Source: Candidatus Poseidoniaceae archaeon (lineage in GTDB: Archaea; Thermoplasmatota; Poseidoniia; Poseidoniales; Poseidoniaceae). From it: DNA of 64,000 bases. A model generated the notes under the pieces. The model searched no databases. It saw only the letters and a program-made list of their open reading frames with translations, and had not been told where the DNA came from. Both the position numbers and the translations under genes were made by a program. Below, piece by piece: positions 1 to 8,495 of this stretch; position 1 is the stretch's first letter; each line of letters starts with the position of its first letter. The DNA is taken from positions 395,081-459,080 of the forward strand of contig CALSRB010000002.1 of the NCBI GenBank assembly GCA_943788655.1, given 5' to 3'.

Positions 1-452
1 TCTGTATCCGCAATCCAACCAGTTGAGGATGCTTCAATCAGCGATTCGAGATCTTTGAGACCAAGGTCGATTTTGGCCCCGCTGGCAAACAACGCTTTCC
101 TTGCTGCAATTTTCTCATCAAGATCATCGATGTAGAATGTCGGTGTGAAGTCGGCGCGCCATCCTTGAATCAGATCGAGAATTTCATCCACTTTCCCTCG
201 AACAAAGAGATCTTCGGGTTCGATTCCAGCAAGTGCTGCTGCGTATCGCATCAATGCATTTGATTCAGCGATGGTACCCTGAGGCGTCTTGAGAATTGGT
301 AGGTATCCCCACGGCAAATCACCGCTGTCTTTCAGTGTTTGAAAGCCGTCCCAATCCACCACTGTGTTTTTCCAAGGAACTTTCGAAATCTCCAAACATA
401 ATCGAGTTGGTTCTGCATAACCAGGTGATGCGAAGTAAATCAGTTCGTGCAT
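1..452 (-). CDS. Glutathione S-transferase family protein (partial; start codon at 452, C-terminus beyond window start)
   Basis: Manual minus-strand translation from ATG at 452: MHELIYFASPGYAEPTRLCLEISKVPWKNTVVDWDGFQTLKDSGDLPWGYLPILKTPQGTIAESNALMRYAAALAGIEPEDLFVRGKVDEILDLIQGW... This shows a thioredoxin-like GST N-domain (P-x-L...ES-x-A-[LI]-x-RY) followed by a helical GST C-domain. It is not in the ORF track because it runs off the window edge. Confidence 0.55.
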   Translation of the reverse strand, partial: MHELIYFASPGYAEPTRLCLEISKVPWKNTVVDWDGFQTLKDSGDLPWGYLPILKTPQGTIAESNALMRYAAALAGIEPEDLFVRGKVDEILDLIQGWRADFTPTFYIDDLDEKIAARKALFASGAKIDLGLKDLESLIEASSTGWIADT

Positions 453-497
453 GTCACCGGCTCAGTTCGGCGGTTGATGAACGCTTCTGTATCTACA

Positions 498-1904
498 TCA
501 GGGGCTGACTCGGCGTCGGTCTCGCGGGAACAACACTGTTTCTCGGACGTTCTTCGCACCGGTCAACTTCATCAGAATTCGTTCAACACCAAGACCCCAT
601 CCCGCGTGAGGCGGGACGCCATGACGGAATCCAGCAACGTAGAATTCAAATTCTTCAGGATCCAAATTCATGTCCTTGAGGTTTTCAATTAAGACATCCA
701 TTCGGTGCTCTCGCTGACCACCCGAAGTGAGTTCGTCGCGACCAAAGTTAAGATCAAAACCACGGCTAAGTTGTTTTCCAGTGCTTCCATCCTCGCCCTC
801 TACATGGTGGATGTAGAACGGTTTGAGGTCCATTGGCCACCGAGGCAGGAAGTAAAATTGTGGCAAATCTTCTGCTAGCAAATCGGAGTTCTCAGCATCA
901 ATGTCGTCGCCCCATTCAATCGAGCCACCTTTGGCTTTAATGGTTGCAATCGCATCGCAATAAGACAAGCGAGGGAATGGCAATTCAGGTACAATCACTT
1001 CGATTGGCTCTTCATCCTGAGTGGCTCTGTATTCATTGATGGTGTCAATGTGAGCAATGGATTCAGGATCGGTCGAAACCGAGACCCAAATGTGATGAAT
1101 CATTCGCTCCAACACACCCATGACGTCTTCGTCGTTCGCCCAGGAGCATTCAATATCGAACGAGATGAATTCGTTGAGGTGTCGATATGTGTCGTGCTTT
1201 TCTGCTCTGAAAGCAGGTCCAACTTCGAACACTCGTTCAAGGCCACCAGACATGCATAATTGCTTGAACAGTTGGGGGGACTGGTTCAGGAAGGCAGGCG
1301 TGTCGAAATACATCATCGGGAACAAGTCAGTTCCACCTTCCGTGGCCGTTGCAACAATCTTGGGAGTGTGAGTTTCAAAGAAACCTTCTGAGATGAGGGC
1401 CTCTCGACCGTACTGCAACACTTTGCCCCGGAGTTTGAACATCGCATTTACTTGGGCACGGCGAAGGTCCAAAAATCGGTTGTCGAGCCGAGTGTCCAGA
1501 GCGACGTGAACCGTATCGGTGACGCCTAGGGGAAGCGGTGCTTCTGCTCGAGCAATAACAACGACGGATGTGGCAACCACTTCGTACGCTGGTGGCGGCG
1601 TGGGTTCGCCCTCTTTGGCCTTGGGAGGTCGCTTTTGCGAGACGGTGCCTGTGAATTGAAGAGTGGATTCACGGGTCATGCGCTGCACCATGTCAAGTGA
1701 AGCTTCACCGATGTTGTCTTTCTTGAGGAATATTTGAGTTATACCAGTACCATCACGGAGGTCGACAAAACAAATGGCGCCCTTTCCACGGTTGGCTTCC
1801 ATGAAACCGGCGACCGTAACTTCTTGATCAACCAAATCCGCTCCAAGCGCTTGAATTTGGCCCAAAGTGTGCGTTCGATAGGAGGTCGGTACCCATGTGG
1901 TCAT
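498..1904 (-). CDS. aspS: Aspartate--tRNA ligase, archaeal/eukaryotic type (AspRS)
   Basis: Class II aaRS motifs (FRAEKHDTYRHLNEF, GGQREHR, GFGLGVERILMKL). The N-terminus SYRTHTLGQI aligns to archaeal AspRS MYRTHY..., so the start is taken at the internal Met (1904) rather than the ORF-track start (2012). Confidence 0.9.
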   Translation of the reverse strand: MTTWVPTSYRTHTLGQIQALGADLVDQEVTVAGFMEANRGKGAICFVDLRDGTGITQIFLKKDNIGEASLDMVQRMTRESTLQFTGTVSQKRPPKAKEGEPTPPPAYEVVATSVVVIARAEAPLPLGVTDTVHVALDTRLDNRFLDLRRAQVNAMFKLRGKVLQYGREALISEGFFETHTPKIVATATEGGTDLFPMMYFDTPAFLNQSPQLFKQLCMSGGLERVFEVGPAFRAEKHDTYRHLNEFISFDIECSWANDEDVMGVLERMIHHIWVSVSTDPESIAHIDTINEYRATQDEEPIEVIVPELPFPRLSYCDAIATIKAKGGSIEWGDDIDAENSDLLAEDLPQFYFLPRWPMDLKPFYIHHVEGEDGSTGKQLSRGFDLNFGRDELTSGGQREHRMDVLIENLKDMNLDPEEFEFYVAGFRHGVPPHAGWGLGVERILMKLTGAKNVRETVLFPRDRRRVSP

Positions 1905-2032
1905 GATACGATGGCAGCAGGTCGAGAACATCAACCATTCGTTCGAACTTTCAGCAAGTCTCAGACCTCGATGGGGTATAAACGCAACAATTATTCCCAA
2001 TAGGAATATCATTGGTAGTGATTAAGCGTTGC

Positions 2033-2043
2033 CTTCATATATC
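2033..2043 (+). promoter_or_regulatory. Putative TATA-like box (ttcatatatcc) about 25 nt upstream of the metK ATG, consistent with a leaderless transcript. It lies in the divergent aspS/metK promoter region 1905-2063.
   Basis: An AT-rich heptamer in an otherwise GC-moderate intergenic region, at the expected spacing for an archaeal TATA box. Confidence 0.3.
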
Positions 2044-2063
2044 CGCGGTCGAGGCGCCCACCC

Positions 2064-3299
2064 ATGACTGACGACCTGTTCTCATCCGAATCCGTGACCC
2101 GAGGCCACCCAGACAAACTCTGTGACACAATTTCCGATGCAATTGTCGATGCATGCCTTGCCGTCGATTCAAACGCTCGTGTGGCTGTTGAAACATGCGT
2201 GAAGGGAAAGGAAAACATCGGCCTCATCGTCCTTGCGGGTGAAGTATCCCTCAACGGCGAAGCACCTGATTACGAATCCATCGCTCGAAAGGCTGCGGTC
2301 GATGTAGGGTACAACGATCACGCCATCGGCATGGACGCTGCATCACCCGAATGGACGGAAGTTCAGGTGCACATCACAACTCAATCATCCAACATTGCTC
2401 AAGGCGTCAACAAAGACGGCCTCTCTCAAGGGGCAGGCGATCAAGGACTCATGTTTGGATATGCATGCACTGAAACAGAGGCATACGAAGACCTCAATGG
2501 GCGGTTCTTCCCCCTTGCAGCAGCGCTGTCACAACGGCTCACACGCCGGCTCACGGCCGTCCGAGAGCAAGGAATTCTCCCCTGGGCACGGCCGGATGGA
2601 AAATCACAAGTGACCGTCGAATATGACGAACAAGGAAATGTGTCTCGAGTTCACACCGTCATCATTGCCATTCAACACGACAAAGCCCTCAAGGACCAAT
2701 TTGGAGGTTCCATCGAGGCAGAACTCGCCCATGTTCAAAGCGAAGTTCGCCGACATGTGGTCGATTATGCCATCCCTTCCGAGCTGCTTGATGATGACTG
2801 CATTCTTGTGGTCAACGGAACCGGGCGATTTGCAGACCCAGGAGGCCCCTACGCCGATGCTGGTCTCACCGGCCGGAAAATCATCGTGGACACCTATGGT
2901 GGAATGGGACGACACGGCGGTGGAGCCTTCTCTGGAAAGGATCCCTCGAAGGTGGATCGTTCAGCAGCCTACGCTGCCCGATGGGCTGCCAAGCACGTGG
3001 TTGCGGCAGGCCTGGCAGACCGTTGCGAAATCCAACTCGCTTACGTGATTGGTGTTGCTGAACCTGTGAGCGTTCGTGTCGAAACTTTTGGCACCTCTGA
3101 ACTGACCGCTCGAGCGATCTCGAAGCGTGTCAAAAACGCCTTTGATTTCCGCCCGGGTGCGATTGCGAACGACCTCGATTTACTCAAGCCGATTTACTCC
3201 ACGACTGCAGCTGGCGGCCACTTTGGCCGAGCCCCGGGGGCAGACGGTTCCTTCCCTTGGGAAGCACTTGATGATGCTCGCCTTGCCCTCCTCAAGTGA
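2064..3299 (+). CDS. metK: S-adenosylmethionine synthetase, bacterial/eukaryal MetK type
   Basis: GHPDKLCD N-terminal motif; GGGAFSGKDPSKVDRSAAYAARWAAK; 411 aa, collinear with bacterial MetK. Confidence 0.9.
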   Translation: MTDDLFSSESVTRGHPDKLCDTISDAIVDACLAVDSNARVAVETCVKGKENIGLIVLAGEVSLNGEAPDYESIARKAAVDVGYNDHAIGMDAASPEWTEVQVHITTQSSNIAQGVNKDGLSQGAGDQGLMFGYACTETEAYEDLNGRFFPLAAALSQRLTRRLTAVREQGILPWARPDGKSQVTVEYDEQGNVSRVHTVIIAIQHDKALKDQFGGSIEAELAHVQSEVRRHVVDYAIPSELLDDDCILVVNGTGRFADPGGPYADAGLTGRKIIVDTYGGMGRHGGGAFSGKDPSKVDRSAAYAARWAAKHVVAAGLADRCEIQLAYVIGVAEPVSVRVETFGTSELTARAISKRVKNAFDFRPGAIANDLDLLKPIYSTTAAGGHFGRAPGADGSFPWEALDDARLALLK

Positions 3300-3390
3300 G
3301 CAGGAATATCGGCCAGTTAAATCCCCCTTTCACACGGCCCGTAGGGCCGATTCACTCAAGTGGTAGTGAAGTGTGGCCTAACTTGGTCTT

Positions 3391-4191
3391 ATGTCATCTC
3401 GTCCCGCTCGTGCTGTGGCCTTTGTTCTTGTATTGCTGTTTGCAAGCCTTTCACCGTTGGCGGTGCCTGCATCAGCGCACAGTGCAATTTTGCTGGATGT
3501 CGATGCGCATCATGTGGTGCTGGAACCTGGGCAATCAAGCAATGTTACCCTTACAATCGAAAACAATGGATCCTCAATCCGATCCTACAATGTTTCCACC
3601 AACACTGGTGTCCTTTCATCGCTTTGGTCAATCACTGCAACCGAACCTGTTGTCGAGAATATTTTCCCTACATGGAGCAAGAACACAACGATTGTGGTTC
3701 AACTCTCCGTTGGCGCCGTACCTGCAGACAGCGGTTCGTTCAACATTCATGTGACTGAGCCATCTCAAAACATCACCTCCATCATCACCGTGTATGTGAG
3801 CGTCGCACCATCGTACGCCCCGCTCATCAGTTTCGACACGATGGGATCATCGCTGGTTTCAATGGAGGCTGGTGCACAATCCTCCTTCAGCGTCGATGTT
3901 ACCAACGCTGGCTCAGTAGAAGACACGCTGCTTCTTGACGTCGAATTCGAACCTGATTTGGCCACATGGTGGTCGAACCAAGGCTCCAACTCAACCGGCA
4001 ACGGTACTGGTGGGAATGGAACTGGCAATGGAACTGGCACCGGCAACGGTACTGGTGGGAATGGAACTGGTAACGGAACTGGAACCGGCAACGGACTGGT
4101 AACGGAACTGGAACTGGCAACGGTACTGGAACCGGCAACGGAACCGGTGGCAATGGAAGCAGCAACATCACCGTCCTATCGAATCTCTTGA
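3391..4191 (+). CDS. Secreted surface protein, N-terminal fragment (signal peptide, beta-rich domain, NGT-sequon repeat); continues into the 4188..7520 ORF after a -1 frameshift near 4095
   Basis: Signal peptide MSSRPARAVAFVLVLLFASLSPLAVPASA. The C-terminal (NGTG)n low-complexity tract departs from the repeat consensus at about 4095, after which the translation becomes GLVTELELATV... (non-repeat). The 0-frame continues the NGT repeats directly into the next ORF. Confidence 0.6.
   Translation: MSSRPARAVAFVLVLLFASLSPLAVPASAHSAILLDVDAHHVVLEPGQSSNVTLTIENNGSSIRSYNVSTNTGVLSSLWSITATEPVVENIFPTWSKNTTIVVQLSVGAVPADSGSFNIHVTEPSQNITSIITVYVSVAPSYAPLISFDTMGSSLVSMEAGAQSSFSVDVTNAGSVEDTLLLDVEFEPDLATWWSNQGSNSTGNGTGGNGTGNGTGTGNGTGGNGTGNGTGTGNGLVTELELATVLEPATEPVAMEAATSPSYRIS
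3990..4150 (+). repeat. Imperfect tandem repeat (45-bp unit, about 3.5 copies) encoding (N-G-T-G)n, i.e. iterated N-x-T N-glycosylation sequons
   Basis: Unit ggcaacggtactggtgggaatggaactggYaaYggaactggMacc repeated; the antisense frame gives a PVPVPLP ORF (3765..4091, rejected). Confidence 0.8.
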
Positions 4192-7100
4192 TGTATGGAA
4201 ACAGCTACACAGGATACAACAACCTTGCCAGTTTGATGGAATCACTGGGCGTCGTCAACGCAGATTCAATCACACCCGGTGGAAAGATGCTCTCCGGGCA
4301 TTGGGACGACATTAACACCTCGTTACACATCTCAAACACAACGCTTCGCAATCCAAACATCGATTGGGATTATGTTGTTCTCCAAGATCAGAGTCAGGTC
4401 CCTTCCCTCCCCACAACCGATACCTTTTGGCAAGCGAGTATGAATGGCGCAGTGAACATCAGCACCGAAGTTGCTGCAGAAGGTTCGGAAACGGTTCTGT
4501 TCATGACATGGGGGCGCCGAAGTGGAGAATCTGGACCTCAATGGCATCAATACAACATCAATCAAAACTACACCATTATGCAAGATCGATTGGCTGATGG
4601 ATACACCTACTATGCAGAAAACATCAGTGCCGAGGGGAACACTGTCTGGATTGCGCCAGTCGGCCTCGCTTTCAAAACCATTCACGATGCCGTAGAGGAC
4701 AGCGGTTCTGACCCAACTCAAAGTGGAAACTTGTTTTATGACCTCTATGACGCAGATGGAAGCCACCCTTCATTGAAAGGAAGTTATCTCTCAGCATGCG
4801 TGCTATATGCTACAATGACCGGCGATTCCCCTGTTGGCTCAAACGACACGATCGCCATCAACGCAACCGTGAAAATGCAATTGCAGCAAGCCGCTGCAGA
4901 CACTGTATTCAATGGAACATCTCACATCGATTACCCGTGGTCACAAACCATTACATCCACTTCATCTGCACGCGGCCTTGGCGGCGGAATCCCTGCTGGA
5001 TGGAACGTTCAATGGAACGATGATCAACTCGACAACATGGGTGCAGGAACGACGCAACAAGCCACACTCGACATCACAGTCCCTGCAGATGTTGCACCTG
5101 ATTATTACGGGTTCAGGCTGTTTGCAGCATCCACCCAAGGAAACCTGAGCACATCGACCCTGTTGGTGGTGCACGTTGATGAAGATCACAGCCTAAGCAT
5201 TGCTTTCCTCGACCAAGATTCGGAATTCTTGCCCGGGATGACAACAAACACCACTGTCTCTGTGACAAACACTGGAAATGCGGAAGCGGACTACGATTGG
5301 AATGTTGAAGCACTCAGTGGCCCATGCGCTTTTGCTCTACCAAACCCAGTAAGCCTCGCACTTCTGCCCGATGCATCTGTTGACGTGACCATACAAGTTG
5401 ACGTACCAGCAACTGCGACCATCGCAGATTCATGTGAATTCCACTTTGAGGGTTCAACCCTTCAAGGAACAGGCTCAGTCGTGAGCGGTGCAGAATCGTT
5501 CACCATCGCCGTCGATGAACTGGTCGATTTCGAACTCATTGCAACAAATGCACAGGTCGATGTGGAACCTGGCACCGCACAATCCTACACCATGCGCTTG
5601 CAGAATAACGGAAGTGAAGCCCGAACCTTCAACCTCCAAATTAACAACACAGAGGACCTAAACACCATCATCACCTCAACAATTGACATCACCATTCCTG
5701 CCGGAGAGAGTGGGACATGGGATGTTGAAACAACTGCAGAAGAAGGCGCTGTCGGCATGTATGTCCAAGCATTCAGCGTCACTCGAAGCGGTGTCGTGTC
5801 CGAGGCATCTGTTGACATTGAAGTGCTCGCCACATCAGAAATCACGCTTGTGGGACCCATTGATGGTCGAATCTTGATGCAACCTGGTGGAACCTCGTCC
5901 ACTGAATTCACGCTTAGCAACACTGGCACACGTGATGTCATTCTTGTCGCATCCATGACCGGCCTGCCGTCTTCGGCCACCGCAGAGATCAGCCATTCAT
6001 CGCTCATGCTCAGCGTGGGTGAAACTTCGCAAGTCTACCTGAACATCACGCTCAACACAAACGCTGATCCGGGAACACATCCACTCGAATTTAGTTACGG
6101 GGGAACGGGTGCGTCTGCCGTTGAACAAGTGGATTTGCAAATTCAAGACAGGTTTGCCGTCCTGCTATCAAGCACAAGCACACAAGTGGTAGCAGGGCCG
6201 TCAAACAATGCATCCATCCTCGTCGATGTTACGAACTTCGGCACAGCAACTGATGTTCTGCAACTGAGTTTGTCGGATTCATCTGACTCCACCTGGTTCA
6301 CATCATCCTTATCCACCACATCGGTTTCGCTTGCATCTGGAGCAACCAGCACCGTTGTAATCGATGTTCGAGAAGTCATGACTGGCGCAACTGCCAACGG
6401 TGTTACAATCACACTGCATGCAACTTCGAGCAATGATCCATCCGCTACAGACCACCTGAATGTGACGGTTCGTCCACAAGTGGCTGGCGCTGAAATAACC
6501 GTGATTGCCGATGTCGACGAAGCCCAGCCAGGCGACACCATCCGTGGCACTGTTGTTGTGAAAAACACGGGAACAGCATACGATGAATTACTGCTGACCA
6601 CCGTCGGCATGGACTGTGGTGTAACCACGATGTTTGAACTTGAAGCTGGTGCGTCTTCTTCTGCGATCCCTTGGTCATGTCGTATTGATGAGTCTGCACA
6701 ATCCGGTCTTGCCAACTTAGAGTTCCGAGTCACGAGCACATCTCGCAGTGACTATGTCGGGACATACTCTGAAATTTACACTGTCGAACCAACGTACACA
6801 AACGGAAATGTACTCGACATCACGACGGATGAAACATCTTACAAGGTCCCATACTCGGGCGGTACAAGCGTTGTCGTGACCGTTACCAACTTAGCCAACA
6901 CCCAAGTGAAGGGCGCGCTCAGTTACAACGGCGAAGGGAGCGGCATGCTGATTGGTCAATGGACACGTATCATTGACGAAAGTGCGGTGAACACCTTCGA
7001 CCTTGCCCCGTTCGCATCAACAGAATTCATGCTCACATTTACCTCAAACATTGAGAACGACGAAACGGCCAACATTGTGCTCAAAGCGACCTATGAAATT

Positions 7101-7520
7101 GTTGTGACGAGCACCACCGGATCAGAGGAATCAGACCAGTTTAGCATCTCGATCGCTGGCCCTGCTGAACCTCCACAAGGAGTCACACTCCCACTTGGAC
7201 TTCAACTTGATCAAAGCACGACACTCAACACACTGCTTGGTGGCTGGGCCTTTGCTCTCCTTCTTTTGAGCGTCATGTACCTCCGCCGAAATCGCAAGGA
7301 AACCCAAGAGGTCGCGGACGAATGGGATCAATCCGAAGAAACGACCGAGGAAGAGATCGATGCCGAAGAGCAACCGCTTGGTTACAATGAATGCAGAATG
7401 GAAGACGGGAAGGTCAGTTGCCCTTCATGCGAAGCGCGCTTGGGCGTCCCTCGTGGCAGCGAAGCACCGTTCAGATTCACTTGTCCGAAGTGCCAAACGA
7501 TGATCCGAGTCGTCGAGTGA
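4188..7520 (+). CDS. Large cell-surface protein, C-terminal part (continuation of 3391 gene; combined about 1376 aa); C-terminal TM anchor plus cytoplasmic acidic tail ending in a CxxC...CxxC zinc ribbon
   Basis: The in-frame sequence upstream of the TTG at 4188 encodes NGTGTGNGTGG, contiguous with the repeat. TM helix LLGGWAFALLLLSVMYL followed by RRNRKE (positive-inside). Tail CPSCEARLGVPRGSEAPFRFTCPKCQ. Many Ig-like beta-rich segments. Confidence 0.7.
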   Translation: MMYGNSYTGYNNLASLMESLGVVNADSITPGGKMLSGHWDDINTSLHISNTTLRNPNIDWDYVVLQDQSQVPSLPTTDTFWQASMNGAVNISTEVAAEGSETVLFMTWGRRSGESGPQWHQYNINQNYTIMQDRLADGYTYYAENISAEGNTVWIAPVGLAFKTIHDAVEDSGSDPTQSGNLFYDLYDADGSHPSLKGSYLSACVLYATMTGDSPVGSNDTIAINATVKMQLQQAAADTVFNGTSHIDYPWSQTITSTSSARGLGGGIPAGWNVQWNDDQLDNMGAGTTQQATLDITVPADVAPDYYGFRLFAASTQGNLSTSTLLVVHVDEDHSLSIAFLDQDSEFLPGMTTNTTVSVTNTGNAEADYDWNVEALSGPCAFALPNPVSLALLPDASVDVTIQVDVPATATIADSCEFHFEGSTLQGTGSVVSGAESFTIAVDELVDFELIATNAQVDVEPGTAQSYTMRLQNNGSEARTFNLQINNTEDLNTIITSTIDITIPAGESGTWDVETTAEEGAVGMYVQAFSVTRSGVVSEASVDIEVLATSEITLVGPIDGRILMQPGGTSSTEFTLSNTGTRDVILVASMTGLPSSATAEISHSSLMLSVGETSQVYLNITLNTNADPGTHPLEFSYGGTGASAVEQVDLQIQDRFAVLLSSTSTQVVAGPSNNASILVDVTNFGTATDVLQLSLSDSSDSTWFTSSLSTTSVSLASGATSTVVIDVREVMTGATANGVTITLHATSSNDPSATDHLNVTVRPQVAGAEITVIADVDEAQPGDTIRGTVVVKNTGTAYDELLLTTVGMDCGVTTMFELEAGASSSAIPWSCRIDESAQSGLANLEFRVTSTSRSDYVGTYSEIYTVEPTYTNGNVLDITTDETSYKVPYSGGTSVVVTVTNLANTQVKGALSYNGEGSGMLIGQWTRIIDESAVNTFDLAPFASTEFMLTFTSNIENDETANIVLKATYEIVVTSTTGSEESDQFSISIAGPAEPPQGVTLPLGLQLDQSTTLNTLLGGWAFALLLLSVMYLRRNRKETQEVADEWDQSEETTEEEIDAEEQPLGYNECRMEDGKVSCPSCEARLGVPRGSEAPFRFTCPKCQTMIRVVE

Positions 7521-7523
7521 ACC

Positions 7524-8318
7524 TTACTCAACCGATGTTCGTTGGGCGATGAGAAGGAACGCAGTGTGACCAAATGGTCCGTTGACTGGACGCATGCCTC
7601 CTTTCGATGCCTTACCCCACTGCCGTTCCATAAGTTCACCAGCCCATTCAACATTGAGCCCTGCTTGCTCGCAAGCCTCCCAAGCATGTTCGACTTGGCT
7701 CGTTACTGGACAATAGCACGCAATGCGGCCACCCACGGCTAACAGCGGTGCGACGGCAGCAATTGCTGAGGGGTGCTGGGGTAAGTCAAGGATGATACCA
7801 TCGAATGCTTCCACATGCTGCGTGATTTCAGAAACTACGTCTTCGATGGCGCCTTCGATATGGTGGTGCTCTGGGAATTCGATCCAACTCTGACGAGCTC
7901 GTGTCAAGTTTTTGAGACCGACGTCAGCGTGTTCGGAACGAGGTTCGACAGTGACATGAACGCCTGAACCACCAAGCGCACGAGCGATGTGCATCGAAAG
8001 GCCCGCACTCCCAAGTCCCGCTTCAAGAATAGAATCGCCAGAACCAATGCCGAGTTTAGCAACAAAGTAGCCAGCGTCTTTTGCGCTGATGGTTTGCGCC
8101 CTCCTCAGCATGCCTCTCGAGAGTTCAGGGAGCCTGGGTGGCATTCGCGTCAGTTGCTTTTGCCCAAGAGTAACCTCCGAACCATAAGGCACACCAGCGA
8201 TCGTGGCCATTGCATCAAAGACACCCAAGCCTTTGGTTTTACGAACGCCCTCGACCATTTCAACAACATGAACCTTCCCTTCCGGTTCAACCAAAACAGC
8301 CCACGCGTCATTGTCCAT
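7524..8318 (-). CDS. trmI: tRNA (adenine57/58-N1)-methyltransferase TrmI
   Basis: N-terminal beta-domain plus SAM-MTase motif LEAGLGSGALS...; collinear with archaeal TrmI. Confidence 0.8.
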   Translation of the reverse strand: MDNDAWAVLVEPEGKVHVVEMVEGVRKTKGLGVFDAMATIAGVPYGSEVTLGQKQLTRMPPRLPELSRGMLRRAQTISAKDAGYFVAKLGIGSGDSILEAGLGSAGLSMHIARALGGSGVHVTVEPRSEHADVGLKNLTRARQSWIEFPEHHHIEGAIEDVVSEITQHVEAFDGIILDLPQHPSAIAAVAPLLAVGGRIACYCPVTSQVEHAWEACEQAGLNVEWAGELMERQWGKASKGGMRPVNGPFGHTAFLLIAQRTSVE

Positions 8319-8463
8319 GAGCCTCGCGAGTTCCTTTCGGATTTCAATGCTTTGTGAGAAGGAAAATTAACAACTGAAGTGAAGAATATATATTAAAATT
8401 GCAATAAATATTCCATAAAACCGCAGTCCCACGAATAAAACTGGTTCTGTCATGGGAGGGGTT

Positions 8464-8473
8464 TGTATAAATA
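8464..8473 (+). promoter_or_regulatory. Putative archaeal TATA box (tgtataaata) about 25 nt upstream of ATG 8496, with a G-rich BRE-like stretch just upstream
   Basis: Strong TATA-like element in an AT-rich intergenic region (8319-8495) at canonical spacing for a leaderless mRNA. Confidence 0.45.
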
Positions 8474-8495
8474 CCATCCTCTGTGTGTATGGAGC

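Noticed and set aside
3765-4171. Minus-strand ORFs with PVPVPLPVPFPP repeats (3765..4091, 3899..4171)
   Set aside because: They are simply the antisense reading of the (NGT)n-encoding repeat of the plus-strand surface-protein gene; they have no independent start context.
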